A stretch of 33,701 nt of DNA from an uncultured Rickettsiales bacterium. Its GTDB lineage: Bacteria > Pseudomonadota > Alphaproteobacteria > Rickettsiales > JABCZZ01. The notes under the pieces are model-generated. The model saw only the letters and a list, made by a program, of their open reading frames with translations, was not told the origin of the DNA and ran no database searches. The stretch covers positions 1-33,701 of the forward strand of contig CAZFOM010000001.1 of NCBI GenBank assembly GCA_964520155.1, written 5' to 3'. Made by a program: the position numbers and the translations under genes. This document shows positions 30,943 to 33,701 of the stretch, piece by piece (the first letter of the stretch is position 1; every line of letters starts with the position of its first letter).

Positions 30943-31410
30943 CTATATTTGCGATTGCAGATACAATTCTTCGCCCAGATTTTTAATGAGATCGAGTTGG
31001 GTGCGCAGCCAGTCGGAGTGCTCTTCCTCGCTCGTGAGAATATCTTCGAGCAGGTTTACGGTGACATTGTCTTTGGCGGTTTCCGCTGCGGCAATCGCGG
31101 CAAGCAGATCTTTATGCGCGGTCTGTTCGATCTTGAAATCGCACTCGAGCATTTCCTTGGGCGTTTCACCGATAAACAATTTTCCCATGTCCTGAAGGTT
31201 GGGCAATCCTTCGAGAAACAGGATGCGCTTGATCAGCGCATCGGCATGTTTCATCTCGTCAATGGATTCCTTGTATTCGAGTTCTTCGAGTTTCTTATAC
31301 CCCATATATCCGAACATACGCGAATGCAGGAAATACTGATTGATTGCAGTCAGCTCGTTTTTCAAAATGACGTTTAGGTGCTTGATCACATTTTTATCGC
31401 CGCGCGGCAT
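30943..31410 (-). CDS. bfr: Bacterioferritin
   Basis: 155 aa. Matches to Bfr include VIKHLNVILKNELTAINQYFLHSRM, the heme-ligand Met context ESIDEMKHAD, and EEEHSDWLRTQLDLI. GAGG lies about 7 nt before the ATG. Confidence 0.9.
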   Translation of the reverse strand: MPRGDKNVIKHLNVILKNELTAINQYFLHSRMFGYMGYKKLEELEYKESIDEMKHADALIKRILFLEGLPNLQDMGKLFIGETPKEMLECDFKIEQTAHKDLLAAIAAAETAKDNVTVNLLEDILTSEEEHSDWLRTQLDLIKNLGEELYLQSQI

Positions 31411-31506
31411 GGGAACCTCAGTGTAAGTGAAATATGGGGGAACTCTTATCAGAAAAGATGAAAAACGAAATGAGGAAATGGGAGATTGCGAAGCAGTTGC
31501 AGAAAT

Positions 31507-31680
31507 CTAATTGTGACAGCCGACTTTCAGGATTTCTTCCTGCACATATTCGGTGCATTTGCCGCATTGTACCTTGCAGCCCATGCAGTGGTACAAATCC
31601 TTCACCGATGACGCCTGTACCTTCTGCGCCGTCTCGAGAATCTGCTGCTCACGCAGCCGGTTGCATACGCAAATAATCAT
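31507..31680 (-). CDS. bfd: Bacterioferritin-associated ferredoxin (BFD-like [2Fe-2S] protein), 57 aa
   Basis: Not in the ORF track (below 60 aa). The minus-strand translation from ATG 31680 is MIICVCNRLREQQILETAQKVQASSVKDLYHCMGCKVQCGKCTEYVQEEILKVGCHN, ending at TAG (31509-31507). The CxC...C..C cysteine spacing and its position directly upstream of bfr fit Bfd. Confidence 0.75.
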   Translation of the reverse strand: MIICVCNRLREQQILETAQKVQASSVKDLYHCMGCKVQCGKCTEYVQEEILKVGCHN

Positions 31681-31703
31681 AAGCCCTCAACTCAGGAGGC
31701 GAT

Positions 31704-31722
31704 GATACTAATAATCATTCTT
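31704..31722. promoter_or_regulatory. Fur-box-like operator upstream of bfd
   Basis: gatactaataatcattctt matches the classical 19-bp Fur consensus GATAATGATAATCATTATC at 15 of 19 positions (hand count). It lies 24-42 nt upstream of the bfd start codon. Confidence 0.45.
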
Positions 31723-31747
31723 ATTTGCAAGAGGGAAATGTGGCAGT

Positions 31748-31901
31748 TAGTCCCTAGTCCCTCATGACTAGTCCCTAGTCATGAGTGTAGGGTTTGAATA
31801 GTGCTGTATGTGTAACGTTGGTGGATTTTAAGTATAGATTGCCTCAACAAGACGATCTACTACACACCAAAGACCAAGGACTGAGGACTGAGGACTAAGG
31901 A
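31748..31901. repeat. Inverted heptamer arrays plus a perfect 11-bp hairpin between typA and bfd
   Basis: Left array, 31748-31782: tagtccc tagtccc tcatgac tagtccc tagtcat. It contains the perfect hairpin ctcatgactag (31761-31771) / ctagtcatgag (31775-31785). Right array, 31874-31901: ccaagga ctgagga ctgagga ctaagga, approximately the reverse complement of the left heptamer. Confidence 0.7.
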
Positions 31902-31909
31902 CACCCCTA

Positions 31910-33701
31910 CTAAGCCGCAGCGTCTTTGTCTTTCTTGGCGCGGTCGGCGCGTTTGCGCTCGTTCGGATCGAGTTGTTTCTTACGCAGGCGCAAGGATTTT
32001 GGGGTGACTTCCACGAGTTCATCGTCCTCGATGTAGGAAATCATCTGCTCGAGTGTCATGCGCAGTGGCGGCACGAGGCGGATCGCTTCGTCCTTACCGG
32101 CGGCGCGGATGTTGGTGAGCTGCTTGGCGCGCAGCACGTTGATCTCTAGATCATTATCGCGGTTATGCTCTCCCACGATCATGCCCTGATAGACCTTATC
32201 CTGCGGGTTTACGAACATGATGCCCCGATCTTGCAGGTTGAAGATGGCGTAGGCCACGGCTTCGCCCTGATCGGTGGAAATGAGCGCGCCGTTGCGCCGT
32301 CCCGCCAGATCGCCTTTATAGGGGCCGTAGCCATGAAACAGCCGGTTCATGATGCCGGTGCCGCGCGTATCGGTTAAGAACTCGCTTTGATAGCCGATCA
32401 GCCCGCGCGAAGGAACGAGGAATGTGATGCGGGTTTTGCCGCCGCCGGAGGGACGCATATCCTGCATCTCGCCTTTGCGAAGCGAAATTTTTTCGACCAC
32501 CGTGCCGGTGAATTCTTCATCCACATCGACAAGCACTTCTTCCATCGGCTCGGTGAGGTTGCCATGATCGTCCTTCTGGAACAACACGCGCGGGCGCGAC
32601 ACGGAAAGTTCAAACCCTTCGCGGCGCATGGTTTCGATCAGCACGCCGAGCTGCAACTCGCCGCGCCCACCGACTTCAAACGCATCCTTACCGTCGGTTT
32701 CCTTTACCGTGATGGCAACATTCGATTCCGCCTCGTCAAACAGACGTTGTGCGATCATACGCGAAGTGACTTTCGTACCTTCCTGCCCTGCAAACGGCGA
32801 ATCATTCACGCTGAGCGTGATGGCCATGGTGGGCGGGTCAATCGGGGTGGATTGCACCGGTGTGTTGCAGGAAATATCGCAGATTGTGTCCGATACCGTG
32901 GTTTTTTCCACGCCTGCAATCGAGATGATATCACCCGCAACCGCTTCATTCACCGGCACCTGTTTGATACCCTGAAACGTGAGCAGTTTGGTCAGGCGCC
33001 CTTGTTCAATCACTTCGCCTTTGAGGTTCATGCTTTTGAAAGGCATCCCGACTTTGGCGATACCGGAAAACACGCGCCCCGTGAGCACACGACCCAGATA
33101 GGAGTCACGGCCTAAGATCGAAGACAGCATCGCAAACGGTGCGTCCATATCCACATCCGGTGGTGGCACATGGGCGATGATGAGATCAAACAACGGATCG
33201 AGATTGCCGCGTTCGTCCTCCAGATTCTTGATCGCCCAACCATTGCGACCCGAGGCGTAGAGAATCGGGAAATCCAGCTGCTGTTCAGATGCTTCAAGCG
33301 CCACGAACAGATCGAACACTTCGTTTAACACCTCATCGGGGCGGGCGTCCGAACGGTCGATTTTATTGATGACCACGATCGGGCGGATCCCGAGATTGAG
33401 TGCTTTGGTGAGCACGAATTTGGTTTGTGGCAACGGGCCTTCGGCAGCGTCCACCAGCAAAAGCACCCCGTCCACCATCGACAATACACGCTCGACTTCA
33501 CCGCCGAAATCCGCGTGTCCCGGGGTATCGACGATGTTGATTTTCACATCCCCGCGCTGGATCGCGGTGCATTTGGCTAAGATGGTGATTCCACGCTCTT
33601 TTTCGAGATCGTTCGAATCCATGATGCGCTCGGCAATCTGCTGATTATCGCGGAACGTACCGGACTGGCGGAAAAGCTGGTCAATGAGGGTTGTTTTGCC
33701 A
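31910..33701 (-). CDS. typA: Translational GTPase TypA/BipA (N-terminus runs off the window end)
   Basis: The listed ORF starts at an internal Met. The frame stays open to 33701, where it reads GKTTLIDQLFRQSGTFRDNQQIAERIMDSNDLEKERGITI (end of the G1 motif). DTPGHADFGGEVER and NKIDR motifs follow. The C-terminal end is lysine/alanine-rich, as in BipA. Confidence 0.9.
   Translation of the reverse strand, partial: GKTTLIDQLFRQSGTFRDNQQIAERIMDSNDLEKERGITILAKCTAIQRGDVKINIVDTPGHADFGGEVERVLSMVDGVLLLVDAAEGPLPQTKFVLTKALNLGIRPIVVINKIDRSDARPDEVLNEVFDLFVALEASEQQLDFPILYASGRNGWAIKNLEDERGNLDPLFDLIIAHVPPPDVDMDAPFAMLSSILGRDSYLGRVLTGRVFSGIAKVGMPFKSMNLKGEVIEQGRLTKLLTFQGIKQVPVNEAVAGDIISIAGVEKTTVSDTICDISCNTPVQSTPIDPPTMAITLSVNDSPFAGQEGTKVTSRMIAQRLFDEAESNVAITVKETDGKDAFEVGGRGELQLGVLIETMRREGFELSVSRPRVLFQKDDHGNLTEPMEEVLVDVDEEFTGTVVEKISLRKGEMQDMRPSGGGKTRITFLVPSRGLIGYQSEFLTDTRGTGIMNRLFHGYGPYKGDLAGRRNGALISTDQGEAVAYAIFNLQDRGIMFVNPQDKVYQGMIVGEHNRDNDLEINVLRAKQLTNIRAAGKDEAIRLVPPLRMTLEQMISYIEDDELVEVTPKSLRLRKKQLDPNERKRADRAKKDKDAAA

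Noticed and set aside
31694-31767. Plus-strand mini-ORF (MILIIILICKREMWQLVPSPS) preceded by a perfect AGGAGG (31694-31699).
   Set aside because: The SD-to-ATG spacing is only 2 nt. The ATG lies inside the Fur-box-like site, and the ORF runs through the heptamer repeat. It is more likely a coincidence in the bfd promoter region.

Overview
This is a 33.7-kb chromosomal segment. Its gene content looks most like an alphaproteobacterium, but that is inference only; no search was run. I recognised no rRNA, tRNA, CRISPR array, transposase or integrase.

Gene order:
- 1-1358 (minus): a partial virB4 and a virB2-type pilin gene of a type IV secretion system.
- A glycine-zipper hypothetical protein.
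- A housekeeping block: yciB, phoB, Tat-dependent phoX, cca, a small membrane protein, glnD and an EamA/DMT permease.
- 11679-24755: a ~13-kb surface-structure island.
  - wzm-wzt-methyltransferase.
  - A monocistronic 953-aa acidic RTX/S-layer-like protein with a strong RBS and terminator.
  - A PrtD/AprD-class ABC exporter and a HlyD-family adaptor.
  - A convergent GT4 glycosyltransferase and methyltransferase-fold pair.
  - A serralysin-type RTX metalloprotease.
- A soluble MCP-tip/Cache-like protein, then amtB without glnK.
- A LapG-family (BTLCP) periplasmic cysteine protease, followed by a Cache-PAS membrane protein whose HD-GYP domain has lost its catalytic residues.
- Dabb, bfr, an unlisted 57-aa bfd with a Fur-box-like site, and a partial typA/bipA.

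Most interesting:
1. The BTLCP plus degenerate HD-GYP receptor pair, a possible LapG/LapD-type switch built on a different signalling module.
2. The compact RsaA-like locus combining surface protein, T1SS, glycan export, methyltransferases and protease.
3. An 18-residue extended RTX-like repeat shared by the surface protein and the protease, with three 89-aa tandem modules in the former.
4. Several intergenic repeat families: a ~130-bp palindromic element in two copies, inverted heptamer arrays at two loci, and small GC-rich hairpins.

All family assignments come from motif recognition by eye and need HMM/BLAST confirmation.
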